This document shows, piece by piece, positions 38,639-49,098 of a DNA stretch of 64,000 nucleotides. Numbering within the stretch: the stretch's first letter is position 1; each line of letters begins with the position of its first letter. The position numbers and the translations under genes were made by a program. The notes below the pieces were generated by a model. The model was given only the letters and a program-made list of their open reading frames with translations. It did not search any database and was not told where the DNA came from. Source of the stretch: Candidatus Terraquivivens tengchongensis (lineage in GTDB: Archaea > Thermoproteota > Nitrososphaeria_A > Caldarchaeales > Wolframiiraptoraceae); NCBI GenBank assembly GCA_023261845.1, contig JALNJZ010000001.1:188197-252196 (forward strand), read 5' to 3'.

Positions 38639-39106
38639 ATGGGTGAAAGATTAACAGCATATACAATAGGTCATGGTAGCAGGAGTAGAGAAGCCTTCCT
38701 AAACCTCCTTAAAAAGCACGCTATTCAGGTTTTGGTTGATGTCAGACGCTGGCCGACCTCAAAAACAGAGCACTTTAAGCTCGATTATCTTAAGGAATGG
38801 TTACCGAAGGCTGGCATAGAATACATATGGCTTGGCGATCATCTCGGCGGGTATAGGAAGGGCGGCTATCGAAGTTATACCGAAAGCGAGGCGTTTAAAG
38901 AAGGGTTAAAGTCTTTGGTAGAGCTTGCAAAGAAAAGCAGGGTTTGTATTATGTGTCTTGAAGTGAGCCCTTCGGGCTGTCATCGCCGATTCATAGCTGA
39001 AAAGTTGCTCGAAACCGGTTGTGATGTTGTCCATATAATCTCTGAGAAAAAATGTATAAAGGTTGGCGATACTTCGCAATCAAACCTTGATTATATAAAA
39101 ATTTAG
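38639..39106 (+). CDS. DUF488 family protein
   Basis: YTIGH, LVDVRRWP.S, LGG.R, MCLE.....CHR. Confidence 0.88.
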   Translation: MGERLTAYTIGHGSRSREAFLNLLKKHAIQVLVDVRRWPTSKTEHFKLDYLKEWLPKAGIEYIWLGDHLGGYRKGGYRSYTESEAFKEGLKSLVELAKKSRVCIMCLEVSPSGCHRRFIAEKLLETGCDVVHIISEKKCIKVGDTSQSNLDYIKI

Positions 39107-39111
39107 AGTTG

Positions 39112-39804
39112 TTATTGGAGAATGTTTAGAAGTTCGGATAAGGACTTTATGATAAAATCCGGTTTCTTCTCAACCAGCACGTCTTCCGAATGAATCCCTC
39201 CCAAGACCGCTATGGATTTGATACCCACGCTCTTTGCAGCCTCTATATCGTATGTACTATCACCAACGTAAACTGTCTCCTCTGGAGATGTTCCAAGCAA
39301 GCTCAGCGCCCTCTTCAGTAGATCGTTTGCTGGCTTAATTCTTTCAACATCATCTCTAGTTACCACTACATCAACATAGGCAAGCATACCGCATTTCTGG
39401 AGCACTAAGAATGAGGCCTTCCTACAGCTGTTTGTCGCCACAACCACCATGATGTTCATAGATTTTAGACTCTTAAGGACTTTTAGCGCATCGTTCCTAG
39501 GTGATGGAGCCGATGCTGCCTCAAGCTCAAACTTTTCCATAATTTTGAAAACCTCAGACCTAATGAGTTCATTAAGTGTTCTATCTATGACCCCATTTAC
39601 GCTCATCACTTTTGAGATTATTGTTTGTATCGAGTCCTCCGGTGATAAGTTCCCTGGGTCGAGTCCTAACTCTTTTAACCTTGAAATTATTTCATGCTTC
39701 GCATCATTAATCCTCAACTTGAACTCGACTAACGTACCATCTAAGTCAAAAATTACTGCTTTTGCATGGATTCGTTTCCCTTTGTCATTCATGAAACACA
39801 CCAA
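39112..39804 (-). CDS. HAD-IA hydrolase (phosphoglycolate phosphatase-like)
   Basis: FDLDGTL, ATN, KP, YVGDSTYDI. Confidence 0.9.
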   Translation of the reverse strand: MVCFMNDKGKRIHAKAVIFDLDGTLVEFKLRINDAKHEIISRLKELGLDPGNLSPEDSIQTIISKVMSVNGVIDRTLNELIRSEVFKIMEKFELEAASAPSPRNDALKVLKSLKSMNIMVVVATNSCRKASFLVLQKCGMLAYVDVVVTRDDVERIKPANDLLKRALSLLGTSPEETVYVGDSTYDIEAAKSVGIKSIAVLGGIHSEDVLVEKKPDFIIKSLSELLNILQ

Positions 39805-39846
39805 GAACAGTGGCGAGGTTTCTTCATTAATGAAGTTTGTCTGACT

Positions 39847-41094
39847 TTAACCCCTCCTAGTAGTTGACACTATTGATAGAACGTCTCTATCCTTGAGTTG
39901 ATAGTCGGCAGGCAGTCTCAGACCAGTTCTAGCATCTACTGCGTATAGGAGTCCCTTTGCCAACTCGCTATGTATTTCTTTTGCTAGGTCTGCTACAGTG
40001 GAACCACTTGGAAGTAGGTATGCATCGGGTAAGACGTTCCCATGCCTATCTGTCAATTTTGTTACATCATATACCGGATAAATTGTATTCATTTTTAGGA
40101 GTTTGAAAACCGCTACATTTATTGCAAACTGAACACCTGTCCTCATATATTCCTTTAGGACTTTATCTCTGATAAATTCCAAAGCCCAACGTTGTTTGTC
40201 CGTTAATGAACTCTCCTGAATTATCTCGAAAGTTTCTTCACCCGGTAAATATCTTATGTAACCCTTTTGTTCGGCTCTTCTTAACAATAACTCCGCCTCA
40301 GCACTACATGGAACGACTATCTTATCAGAAAACTGATCTCTTAATAACTCAAAGTTTTTGGATGCCGTTTCTATATCTATTTTGTTGGCAACTATTATAG
40401 TAGGTTTCGAAACTTCTCTTAGTTTCTCTACAAATTTTTTATCATCCATTCCAGTCCAGTTCTCAAAATCTTTCTTATCTAGACCGCTTTGCTTTAACGC
40501 CATCCTTACATGCTCAGCTGTTATCTTGGCTCCCCTTAAAATCTCTGCTATACTTTCTTCCAACGATTTTCCAGACCTTATGTCTTTAAGTATTCTGTTC
40601 TCAGATTTATCTAGGAGCTTAAGAAACCACATAACCAACTCTTCTTCAACATCATAAACGTCAGCTATCGGATTTCCCTGACCTGGTTCTGTTAACCTAC
40701 CCTCTTCATCAACACTACCGGACACATCAACAACATGTAGTAAAGCATCCGCTTCCGATGCTATCGCCAAAAATTGGTTTCCAAGCCCCTTTCCCGCCCA
40801 TGCACCCTTTATTAGGCCAGGCAGATCTATCAACTCAATCGGTATGTGTCTCCAGCCGTCAATGCATCTTGAGTTTTTAGGATTATCCTTTACATTAAAC
40901 TCCTTACAAACACAGAGGGTTATGGCATTCGCTATTCCGTAATTTGGCCGCTTTGTCGTGAAAGGGTATGTAGAGACCTCAGCCGACTGGAGTGTGGCCG
41001 CATTAAAAAACGTCGTCTTGCCAGTGTTCGTCTTACCTATAAGTCCAATTTTTATGGACACCTTACCACCACCAAGTAACCCTTCGTATTTCAA
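39847..41094 (-). CDS. ychF: Obg-family YchF/Ygr210-type translation-associated NTPase with TGS domain
   Basis: GKTNTGKTT, YPFTT, DLPGL, GLGNQFL, NKID, C-terminal TGS domain. GTG at 41061 is the likelier start. Confidence 0.9.
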   Translation of the reverse strand: MKYEGLLGGGKVSIKIGLIGKTNTGKTTFFNAATLQSAEVSTYPFTTKRPNYGIANAITLCVCKEFNVKDNPKNSRCIDGWRHIPIELIDLPGLIKGAWAGKGLGNQFLAIASEADALLHVVDVSGSVDEEGRLTEPGQGNPIADVYDVEEELVMWFLKLLDKSENRILKDIRSGKSLEESIAEILRGAKITAEHVRMALKQSGLDKKDFENWTGMDDKKFVEKLREVSKPTIIVANKIDIETASKNFELLRDQFSDKIVVPCSAEAELLLRRAEQKGYIRYLPGEETFEIIQESSLTDKQRWALEFIRDKVLKEYMRTGVQFAINVAVFKLLKMNTIYPVYDVTKLTDRHGNVLPDAYLLPSGSTVADLAKEIHSELAKGLLYAVDARTGLRLPADYQLKDRDVLSIVSTTRRG

Positions 41095-41212
41095 AAAAGC
41101 GACCGGTGATTAAAAGGTTTTGATTTTTTCTATATTATAAAGGCAGCATGTATTATGGCATAAGGGTCAAAAAGTATATAGAGTAAGATGTTTTGGTTTG
41201 CTGTAAAATGCC

Positions 41213-42496
41213 ATGATAGACATCAAGATAATCAGGGATAATCCGGAACTCGTCAAGGATATGTTGAGTAAGAGAGGTCTGAACCTACCAATTGACGAGC
41301 TCTTGGAATGGGATAAAGAAAGGAGGAGGCTCATGGTAGAAGTACAGAATTTACGGCATAGAAAGAACGTTGTCTCTTTGGAGATAGCTACTATGAAAAA
41401 AGAGGGTAAGGACCCGTCAACCCTCATGCAAGAAATGAAGACCCTTACGGACGATATAGCAAGGCTAGAGGACGAAATTGCTGAGTTAGAGAACAAGATA
41501 AACTATGTGATGATGAGAATACCAAACATACCTCATGAATCGGTTCCGCTCGGTACCAGTGAAGAGGATAATGTTGAGGTTAGGAGGTGGGGCAAGATAC
41601 CGGAGTTTGACTTTGATGTGAAAGATCACGACGACATCGCAATATCTCTCGGCTTATTAGAGATAGAAAGGGCTAGTAAAGTCGCTGGGGCAAGATTTTA
41701 TTATATCAAGAACGAGCTCGTCAAGCTCAATCTAGCCCTAATAAGATTCGCTTTAGACTTACTTGCAAGCAAGGGCTTTGAGATCTATCAGACGCCATAC
41801 ATGCTTAGAAGGTGGGTTGTCGAAGGTGTCACGAGTTTGCAAGATTTCGAGGATATGATATACAAAATTGAAGGGGAGGATCTTTACCTTATCGCGACTT
41901 CAGAACATTCACTTGCAGGCCTTCATGCTAATGAGATACTTGATGGAAGGTGTTTACCCCTTAGATACGCTGGAGTAAGCCCGTGCTTTAGGAAGGAGGC
42001 TGGTGCGCATGGGAAAGACACCAAGGGAATATTCAGAGTCCATCAGTTCGAGAAAGTCGAGCAGTTTGTATTTTGCAAACCAGAGCAGTCTTGGGAAGAA
42101 CATGAGTTCCTGCTCTCAAATGCCGAGGAAATCTATCAAAAACTTGGTCTCCCTTACAGGGTGGTGAACATATGCTTAGGTGAGTTAGGGGTTGTTGCTG
42201 CGAAAAAATACGATATAGAGGTATGGATGCCGGCGCAGAGGAGGTATAGGGAGATAGTGTCATGTAGTAACTGTACGGATTATCAGGCAAGAAGGCTCAA
42301 TATCAGGTACAGAGAGGCACCTCATGATGAGAAGACGCGATATGTGCATACACTGAACAGCACAGCGATAGCAACTGAGAGGACTATCGCCGCTATACTC
42401 GAAAACTATCAGCAAGAGGATGGTTCTGTAGTCATACCTAAAGTTTTACAGCCTTATATGGATGGGATAGAGGTTTTAAAACCCAAAAAGAAGTGA
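41213..42496 (+). CDS. serS: Serine-tRNA ligase
   Basis: N-terminal coiled coil, IPN, ATSE, FRKEAG, RVHQFEKVE, EIVSCSNC, HTLNSTA. Confidence 0.97.
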   Translation: MIDIKIIRDNPELVKDMLSKRGLNLPIDELLEWDKERRRLMVEVQNLRHRKNVVSLEIATMKKEGKDPSTLMQEMKTLTDDIARLEDEIAELENKINYVMMRIPNIPHESVPLGTSEEDNVEVRRWGKIPEFDFDVKDHDDIAISLGLLEIERASKVAGARFYYIKNELVKLNLALIRFALDLLASKGFEIYQTPYMLRRWVVEGVTSLQDFEDMIYKIEGEDLYLIATSEHSLAGLHANEILDGRCLPLRYAGVSPCFRKEAGAHGKDTKGIFRVHQFEKVEQFVFCKPEQSWEEHEFLLSNAEEIYQKLGLPYRVVNICLGELGVVAAKKYDIEVWMPAQRRYREIVSCSNCTDYQARRLNIRYREAPHDEKTRYVHTLNSTAIATERTIAAILENYQQEDGSVVIPKVLQPYMDGIEVLKPKKK

Positions 42497-42501
42497 CCTA
42501 C

Positions 42502-43839
42502 TTACCTTATTTGTACATATGAGTATGCCTCAGTCTTCGAAGTAAAGCAGTAATGAACCTTGTTGAAAGGTCTCTTAAGTTCGGAAACTTCTTGTGCAAC
42601 CTTTGATGGGTCCTCGCCCTTTACTATTACTTTGGCTATAAGTTCAGCTATCCATTCCATTTCGCTCTCTCTCATACCTAGCCTTGTAACCTCCTGCGTT
42701 CCAAGCCGTATTCCGCTCGGTGTTCTGTAGTCGGTCTTAAGCCTATAATCCTTCGGAATAAGATTCCTATTGATTATTATTTTAGCCTGCTCTAGCTTTT
42801 CTTCCGCTTGCTTACCGTTCATATACTTACTTACATCAGCCACTATCGTATGGGATTCCGTAAAGCCCCTATGCTCGTATAATACATCCACGCCCCTTTC
42901 GTAAAGAGCTTGAGCGAGGGCCTTAGCGTTTCTCACTATCTGCCTGCTGTAATCCTTATAGAACGCTATAGCTTCCGCGAGACAAATAGCTACACCAGCC
43001 ACAGCATGAAGGTGATGGTTACTCAATATGCCCGGAAAAGCGGCTTTCTTTAGAGCCTCTTCGTACTTAGCCCATGAACAAAGCATTCCATGTTGGGGGC
43101 CTGCGAGGGTCTTATGCGTACTCATTGTCATCACATCAGCACCTTCTCGTAGTGGGTCTTGAAATATTCCGCCAGCAATTAGACCTGCAACGTGTGCAGC
43201 ATCGTATACTACCCGTGCATCGAATTCTTTTGCCATCTCTGCTATCTCTCTTACTGGGTGTGGAAAGAGAAAGACACTTGCTCCTAGCATGAAGATTTTT
43301 GGCTTTTTGCCCTCAGATGCTAAAGACTTAAGCTTTCTACGGGTCGCATCTAAATCAATTTCATAGTTATACTCATCAAATTCATAATGCTCAACGACTA
43401 AACCCCTGACAGCACCTGCTGTTCCTCCCCAACTTCGCTTGCTATGACTAATGTGACCACCGTGTGGTATGGCCAAAGACATCACGATGTCGCCGGGTTC
43501 TGTAAAAGCTGTGTATGTTATCAAATTCGCGACAACACCTGATATCGGCCTAACGTCAACGAACTCTGCTTTGAATAACCTTTTACCGAGCTCTATCGCT
43601 AGAAGCTCGACCTCATCTATATACTTGCAACCAGCGTATATCCTCTCACCAGGCCACCCTTCCGCATATCTGTTACCAAAGTCCGATGCTAAAGCCTCTC
43701 TTACCGCTGGACTTGGCACGTTCTCGCTAGCTATCAACACTATTGAATCGCTGATGAAGCGGTGATGCTCTTCTAAAAGGCTAAGTATATGTTCATATGC
43801 TGTCTTCGCATATGTTAAGCTATCCTTCTCAGACGACAT
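42502..43839 (-). CDS. glyA: Serine hydroxymethyltransferase
   Basis: LIASEN, YAEG, GGHISH, DAAH..GLIAG, STHKTL.GP, SGIRLG. Confidence 0.97.
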   Translation of the reverse strand: MSSEKDSLTYAKTAYEHILSLLEEHHRFISDSIVLIASENVPSPAVREALASDFGNRYAEGWPGERIYAGCKYIDEVELLAIELGKRLFKAEFVDVRPISGVVANLITYTAFTEPGDIVMSLAIPHGGHISHSKRSWGGTAGAVRGLVVEHYEFDEYNYEIDLDATRRKLKSLASEGKKPKIFMLGASVFLFPHPVREIAEMAKEFDARVVYDAAHVAGLIAGGIFQDPLREGADVMTMSTHKTLAGPQHGMLCSWAKYEEALKKAAFPGILSNHHLHAVAGVAICLAEAIAFYKDYSRQIVRNAKALAQALYERGVDVLYEHRGFTESHTIVADVSKYMNGKQAEEKLEQAKIIINRNLIPKDYRLKTDYRTPSGIRLGTQEVTRLGMRESEMEWIAELIAKVIVKGEDPSKVAQEVSELKRPFNKVHYCFTSKTEAYSYVQIR

Positions 43840-43962
43840 TTATCTCTTTGCAAAATCAGGACTTAAATAAATATTTTTAAGCCATGTCGAACCTTATATA
43901 TTTATTTAGGGGGGCTAAATTAAAAAGTGATAAAAACATGTTAATTTAGGTGGAGATAAGAG

Positions 43963-44208
43963 TTGGGCGATAGAGAAAGCAAATCTGACAGCAAAAGATG
44001 CATCGATCCGCGTCTTGTCATAGAAGACATCATAGGAGAGTATGGGAAAGTGATGGAGGAGTATGGTGGGTACCGGGTAGAAGTTCTTGATCATATGATG
44101 TTTCCATGGGCTAATGTGTTCAAACTATTGCTTAGACTAGGGCACGAAGTATGGGTTGATATAGACGGTGAAAAGTTAATTATTATATCAAAGCCAAAAC
44201 CAGATTAG
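43963..44208 (+). CDS. Small hypothetical protein
   Basis: 81 aa ORF with a GGTGGAG SD-like element upstream. Fills the gap and overlaps the convergent stop. Confidence 0.55.
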   Translation: MGDRESKSDSKRCIDPRLVIEDIIGEYGKVMEEYGGYRVEVLDHMMFPWANVFKLLLRLGHEVWVDIDGEKLIIISKPKPD

Positions 44209-45602
44209 CTGGGCATAAAAGGTAGCTGAATATATAACAGTAGAAGAGCAACAGGGAACGTTACTAAGGACACTATAGCGCCCGGTACTATCCATTCGCG
44301 AAAACTAACGTGACCGAGTTTCTGCCTCTCGACCATGCCCACCGCTACGATGTTAGCGGTGCTTCCGATCATTGTCAAATTCCCCATCCAAGTAGCACCA
44401 AACAGCATACCCCACCAAATTGGGAAAACGTTAAGACCAGCACTGCCGATGTCAGCTACTATTGGGATAAAAGTAGCTACTGCAAGGACATTGTCCATCA
44501 AAGCTGATAGAAGTCCAACGACCAAACCGAACAGAAACAACGTTGAAAGTTGATCACCACCTGTGAGTTCCAATAGGACTTTAGAGATTTGTGTTGTTAC
44601 ACCAGTATACTTAAGTGTGCCAACAGATGAAAAGAAGATTAGGAAGAACATCAACGTCCACCAATCCACTCGTCTCTCAACAAGGTCCCTCGCTTTATCC
44701 CTCATGCATAAAAGCGCAATGGCAGCTGAGATTACTGCAACACCTATAAGCATCGTGTTTTTCTCCAATTTAAGATAACTTTCTATCTGACTATGCATAA
44801 CTAAACCCACTAAAGTCCCTACAAATAGAAGAACAGAAATTATGTCAAATTTTGTCTTAGTATTCTTCTGAACTTCGGTTGTTTGTCGTCCTAAGTTAAC
44901 CATGGCATCATTCATACCCTTTATGTATCCTTTAAAATAAGTAAAAGACAAAAACATACAAAGACCTAGACCTACTATTGCAATAGGTGTTGCCCATCTT
45001 ATAAAGTCCGTAAAAGTAAGTTTTGCCTTCATCGCTATCATGACTCCAACGGGATTCCCGACAACGGTTGCGCTACATCCTATATTCGTTGCAAAAACTA
45101 GCATCATCATCAAGGGCACTATTGAGAGATTGAGTCGCGCAACAAGGCGAATTGCCGTCGTCATCATGAATAGAATAGACGTTACTTCGTCAACAAGAGC
45201 TGCAGACAATGCTGCCATTAGCATAAGCAAAGATATCGTCTTTATTGCACTTCCCTTAGCAAAAGTCATGATACGTTCAAGCAATGCTTCAAAGAATCGT
45301 CTCTCCTCAAGAAATCCTATAACAATCATCATTCCTACTAGAAAGACTATTATGTCTAAGCTAGCGAATTCAATGAAGTGTGGTAAATCCATCACACCAG
45401 TAGCTAAAAGTATACTTAATCCTGCTAAAGCAAAAGCTAACCTCATCCTCCAATAGAACAATATACCTGCGATTATGCCTGAGAAAACAACTAATGACGT
45501 AGTCTGAGCTGCTGACATACCGAAAGTCGAAGAGAGCACTCCTGCAAGCAGAACTATACTAATATAAACCACTGGTTTTGAGAGTTTCCGCATATTATTC
45601 AC
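44205..45602 (-). CDS. ArsB/NhaD/SLC13-type ion transporter permease
   Basis: SAALVDEVTS, ATNIG..T.VGNP, DWWTL.FF, SALMDNV, GNLTMIGSTAN. Many TM helices. Confidence 0.9.
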   Translation of the reverse strand: MNNMRKLSKPVVYISIVLLAGVLSSTFGMSAAQTTSLVVFSGIIAGILFYWRMRLAFALAGLSILLATGVMDLPHFIEFASLDIIVFLVGMMIVIGFLEERRFFEALLERIMTFAKGSAIKTISLLMLMAALSAALVDEVTSILFMMTTAIRLVARLNLSIVPLMMMLVFATNIGCSATVVGNPVGVMIAMKAKLTFTDFIRWATPIAIVGLGLCMFLSFTYFKGYIKGMNDAMVNLGRQTTEVQKNTKTKFDIISVLLFVGTLVGLVMHSQIESYLKLEKNTMLIGVAVISAAIALLCMRDKARDLVERRVDWWTLMFFLIFFSSVGTLKYTGVTTQISKVLLELTGGDQLSTLFLFGLVVGLLSALMDNVLAVATFIPIVADIGSAGLNVFPIWWGMLFGATWMGNLTMIGSTANIVAVGMVERQKLGHVSFREWIVPGAIVSLVTFPVALLLLYIQLPFMPS

Positions 45603-45605
45603 CTA

Positions 45606-45695
45606 ATCCACGTCCATGTGAACTAATGGTCGGTAAGCCTGAGAGCAAAACCTTTCCCTTCACATTTAAGATCCACGTCCATGTGAACTAATGGT
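45606..45695. repeat. Perfect 25-nt direct repeat (2 copies) separated by 40 nt
   Basis: ATCCACGTCCATGTGAACTAATGGT at 45606-45630 and 45671-45695. Confidence 0.95.
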
Positions 45696-45755
45696 TTAAA
45701 ATAAACGTTTTCTAAGTGATAGCATTTTTTAACTGTGAAAGCGTCATAACATAAT

Positions 45756-46427
45756 ATGTATGAGTTCGATGTGTTGACGTTTGATTGTTATGGCACACTT
45801 GTAGATTGGGAAAGTGGTGCGAAACAAGTCTTTATTAGGATTCTTTCGAAAAAGAAAAAGAACATCCCTGTAGATGAATTATTGTCTAGGTGGCTTGAAG
45901 AGGATTTTAGACAAGTCCAAGGACCATACAGACCCTATAAAGAAATTTTAAAGATTAGTCTAAAACAAGTGATGGATAGTTTTGGTATGGATTACTCTGA
46001 GACTGATGGTGAAGAATTCGTCTCATCAATCAAATCATGGAAACCTTTTCCAGACGTTGAACCTGCATTAAAAAGTCTGAAACAAAAGTATAAACTCGCG
46101 ATAATCTCGAATATTGATAACGACATCATAACCGAATCGGTAAAGTTAATGGGTATAGATTTTGATTATATAATAACTGCTGAGGATGCACGTGCCTATA
46201 AACCCTCAAGGAAGATATTCGAATATGCCATAGAGAGATTAGGTCTCAAAAAGGATAGGATACTGCACGTATCCTTCAGTCCAGATTACGATCTAATACC
46301 CGCAAAGTCGCTTGGCATGTATGTTGCATGGCTCGATAGAAAAGGTGTCAGTGGAAAAAGCCAATTCGAGTATGATTATAAATTTAAAGACCTACTTCAG
46401 CTTAGGGACGTACTAATGAGGTGGTAG
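45756..46427 (+). CDS. Haloacid dehalogenase type II-like HAD hydrolase
   Basis: TFDCYGTLVDW, PFPDV, ISN, YKP, LHV...D. Confidence 0.88.
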   Translation: MYEFDVLTFDCYGTLVDWESGAKQVFIRILSKKKKNIPVDELLSRWLEEDFRQVQGPYRPYKEILKISLKQVMDSFGMDYSETDGEEFVSSIKSWKPFPDVEPALKSLKQKYKLAIISNIDNDIITESVKLMGIDFDYIITAEDARAYKPSRKIFEYAIERLGLKKDRILHVSFSPDYDLIPAKSLGMYVAWLDRKGVSGKSQFEYDYKFKDLLQLRDVLMRW

Positions 46428-47515
46428 AATTGGTAAGAGTTATTGGCGTTGATCCTGGAACAAAAAGCTTTGACATTTGTGGCTTAGAAGACCTTAACGT
46501 TTTCTATGAGAAGTCGATACCGTCAGAAACTATAGCTAAGAGACCGGATGTCTTACTTGAGATATTCAAAGAGGTTGAACCTCTTGATCTTATCGCCGGC
46601 CCATCCGGCTACGGTTTACCACTCGTTAGTTTGGAGGATTTAACGGAAGAACACATCTCCCTCATGGTCCTCGTTAGGAAAGAAGATGTAAAGATACCTG
46701 TCCTTGTAGGACTTGCTGAGGCTGTTAGACGTCTCAAACGCTCTAACCTGAAGGTATATTTCTTACCAAGCATCATACACCTTCCAACTGTCCCGGAGTA
46801 CAGGAAGTTCAATACTATTGACATGGGAACTGCCGATAAGCTTTGTTGTGCTGCACTTGCTGTACATGATTATTCATCAAGATATAAGATTCCGTACGAG
46901 GAATGTACGTTCATATTAGTAGAGATTGGCTTCGGATATAACGCTATAATCGCAATAGAATCTGGCAAGGTTGTTGATGGAATAGGTGGCACAAAGGCAG
47001 GTCCCGGTTTTTTGACATCTGGTGCGTGGGACGGTGAGGTGGCATACTTGACCGGCAAGATAAGCAAGTTAGACTTGTTCAAAGGAGGTGTAAGATCGAT
47101 CGTCGGTGATGAATCAATTATGCCAGAGGACTTTCCTGAAAGGGCTAAGAAAGATAGGAGGGCTGCGCTTGCTTGGGAGGCATTCATGGAAGGCATTGAG
47201 AAGCGCGTCTGGTCCATGAAAGCAATTGTAAAAAAACCGCAAGTCATAATGTTATCGGGAAGACTTAGTAGGGTTCCGGGTATATATTATGAACTCGAGA
47301 AGAGATTATCAGCCATAGCACCCGTTGATAAAGTACAGGGCTTCGCGAAAAGTGTGAAAGAGGCGGCACAAGGAGCGGCACTCATAGCTGATGGTTTAGC
47401 TGGTGGCAAAATGCGTGAACTCGTAGAACATATGGAGATACGTCGCTCCTATGGCACAGTTTTAGATTATATTTATATCAATAACGTAAAAGAGAAATAC
47501 CTTAGAAAGGGATGA
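46421..47515 (+). CDS. DUF1464 family ASKHA-fold protein (predicted butyrate kinase-like)
   Basis: GVDPGTKSFD, GPSGYG, N.IDMGTADK, DGIGG, DGEVAY, AAQGAALIADG. Confidence 0.82.
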   Translation: MVELVRVIGVDPGTKSFDICGLEDLNVFYEKSIPSETIAKRPDVLLEIFKEVEPLDLIAGPSGYGLPLVSLEDLTEEHISLMVLVRKEDVKIPVLVGLAEAVRRLKRSNLKVYFLPSIIHLPTVPEYRKFNTIDMGTADKLCCAALAVHDYSSRYKIPYEECTFILVEIGFGYNAIIAIESGKVVDGIGGTKAGPGFLTSGAWDGEVAYLTGKISKLDLFKGGVRSIVGDESIMPEDFPERAKKDRRAALAWEAFMEGIEKRVWSMKAIVKKPQVIMLSGRLSRVPGIYYELEKRLSAIAPVDKVQGFAKSVKEAAQGAALIADGLAGGKMRELVEHMEIRRSYGTVLDYIYINNVKEKYLRKG

Positions 47516-47524
47516 GTTGGGTCT

Positions 47525-47938
47525 ATGCAGAAAACGCGCAATCTTAGTAAAGTGGAACAAACTGCTGAAAGATTCTTCTCTAAAAACGTAACGGCCAGGG
47601 AGAGGTGCGCTTTCGAAGCAGGCATAGCCCTTGGTGCTGTTGCTCATCAGTTCACAGGTATACCGATAATAGGTAATTTGCGAAACCTTAGAAGACTTGA
47701 AAGGGTGATCGAGGACGCGATAAAGCTTCAACCGTACAAGGTAGATGCGAAAGTAAGGATAAGAATGCGTGGCTTAAGTGCTCGAAAACGTCATCAATTC
47801 GATTACAGAATCTTGGGTCCTGACATGATGGATGTTGAGGTCTATGTTAAGTATGGTAAAGCAAGAGTTAAAGCGTGTATGAAGGCTATAAAATCTCTTG
47901 GGAACTACCCCCTTATGTACATCTCAGAGATCGTCTAA
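47525..47938 (+). CDS. mptD: Archaeal dihydroneopterin aldolase (MptD family)
   Basis: [25 protein letters not shown]. Confidence 0.85.
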   Translation: MQKTRNLSKVEQTAERFFSKNVTARERCAFEAGIALGAVAHQFTGIPIIGNLRNLRRLERVIEDAIKLQPYKVDAKVRIRMRGLSARKRHQFDYRILGPDMMDVEVYVKYGKARVKACMKAIKSLGNYPLMYISEIV

Positions 47939-49044
47939 TCCTTAAGCAACTTTCTTTCTTCTTCTATAAAACGTCTCTCCAGATTATATAATTGCTCGTA
48001 TAACCTCCTATGTTCATGAGATAACTTCTTTGGTATAACTACCTTAAGTCTTACCTTCAAGTCCCCTCTGCCGCCTTGCATACTAGGCATACCTTTACCC
48101 TTAATAGTGATAATGTGTCCAGGCGGTGTTCCGTTAGGTATATTTATCTCTACCTTACCATCAAGCGTAGGAACCATAACCTTTGAACCGAGAGCAAGCT
48201 CGGATATCGATACAGGAAGGTCAATATAAAGGTCGTCGCCTTTTCGTATAAAGGTTCCGTGAGGTTTAAGTTTTATGACTAACAGAAGATCACCAGGCTG
48301 ACCTCCTGCATACCTCTCACCCATTCCAGGAACTCTTAACACTAGCCCATCATCAGCGCCCCTCGGTATCTTTACAGATATGTTCTTCATTGTCTCAACG
48401 TAGCCCGAGCCTTTACATGTTGAGCATTTCTTCTCGATAAACCTCCCAGAGCCGCCGCATGCTGGACACGTTGTAACAGAGGTAAAGAAACCAAACGGTG
48501 TCTGTCTACTGTCAACCTTTTGACCCGTTCCACCGCACACCCTACATGTCTTGAGGCCGCCAGGTGCCGCACCGGAACCTCCACATGCATTGCAAACTTC
48601 TGATACCGGAACGCTCACAATCTTCTCCGCACCATTAAAAGCTTCTTCAAGCGAAATTTCTAAGTTCATGACGACATCCCTCCCTCTCGGTGGACCTCTC
48701 CTAATACCGAAGAACCTTTCGAATATTGAGTCAAGGTCGAAACCAAGGTCTCTGAATATCTCGTCAAAGTCGAATGTGCTTGTCTTGAATATGTCTTCTT
48801 GTGTATAAGCTCCGCTTAAGCCAGCATGTCCATACATATCATATATTCTTCGCTTTTCATCATCAGAAAGAACAGCATAGGCCTCGCTTATCTCCTTGAA
48901 CTTCTCCTCAGCATCCAGCGATTTGTTCCTATCTGGATGATATTGTAGCGCAAGCCTCCTGTATGCCCTTTTTATCTCTTCCTTTGTCGCGTTCCTAGGC
49001 ACTCCCAGTATCTCGTAATAGTCTTTCTTCACCCTGCTTGACAT
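47935..49044 (-). CDS. dnaJ: Chaperone DnaJ
   Basis: J domain with HPD and four CxxCxGxG repeats. Confidence 0.97.
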   Translation of the reverse strand: MSSRVKKDYYEILGVPRNATKEEIKRAYRRLALQYHPDRNKSLDAEEKFKEISEAYAVLSDDEKRRIYDMYGHAGLSGAYTQEDIFKTSTFDFDEIFRDLGFDLDSIFERFFGIRRGPPRGRDVVMNLEISLEEAFNGAEKIVSVPVSEVCNACGGSGAAPGGLKTCRVCGGTGQKVDSRQTPFGFFTSVTTCPACGGSGRFIEKKCSTCKGSGYVETMKNISVKIPRGADDGLVLRVPGMGERYAGGQPGDLLLVIKLKPHGTFIRKGDDLYIDLPVSISELALGSKVMVPTLDGKVEINIPNGTPPGHIITIKGKGMPSMQGGRGDLKVRLKVVIPKKLSHEHRRLYEQLYNLERRFIEEERKLLKD

Positions 49045-49098
49045 ACTCTAAAAACTATAAGCGATCGAAATATATCAACCTACAACTAAGACGTCATT

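Noticed and set aside
45606-45695. Calling the 25/40/25 repeat a CRISPR array
   Set aside because: Only two repeats, no GAAA[C/G] terminus and no cas genes in the window. Reported as a repeat of unknown role.
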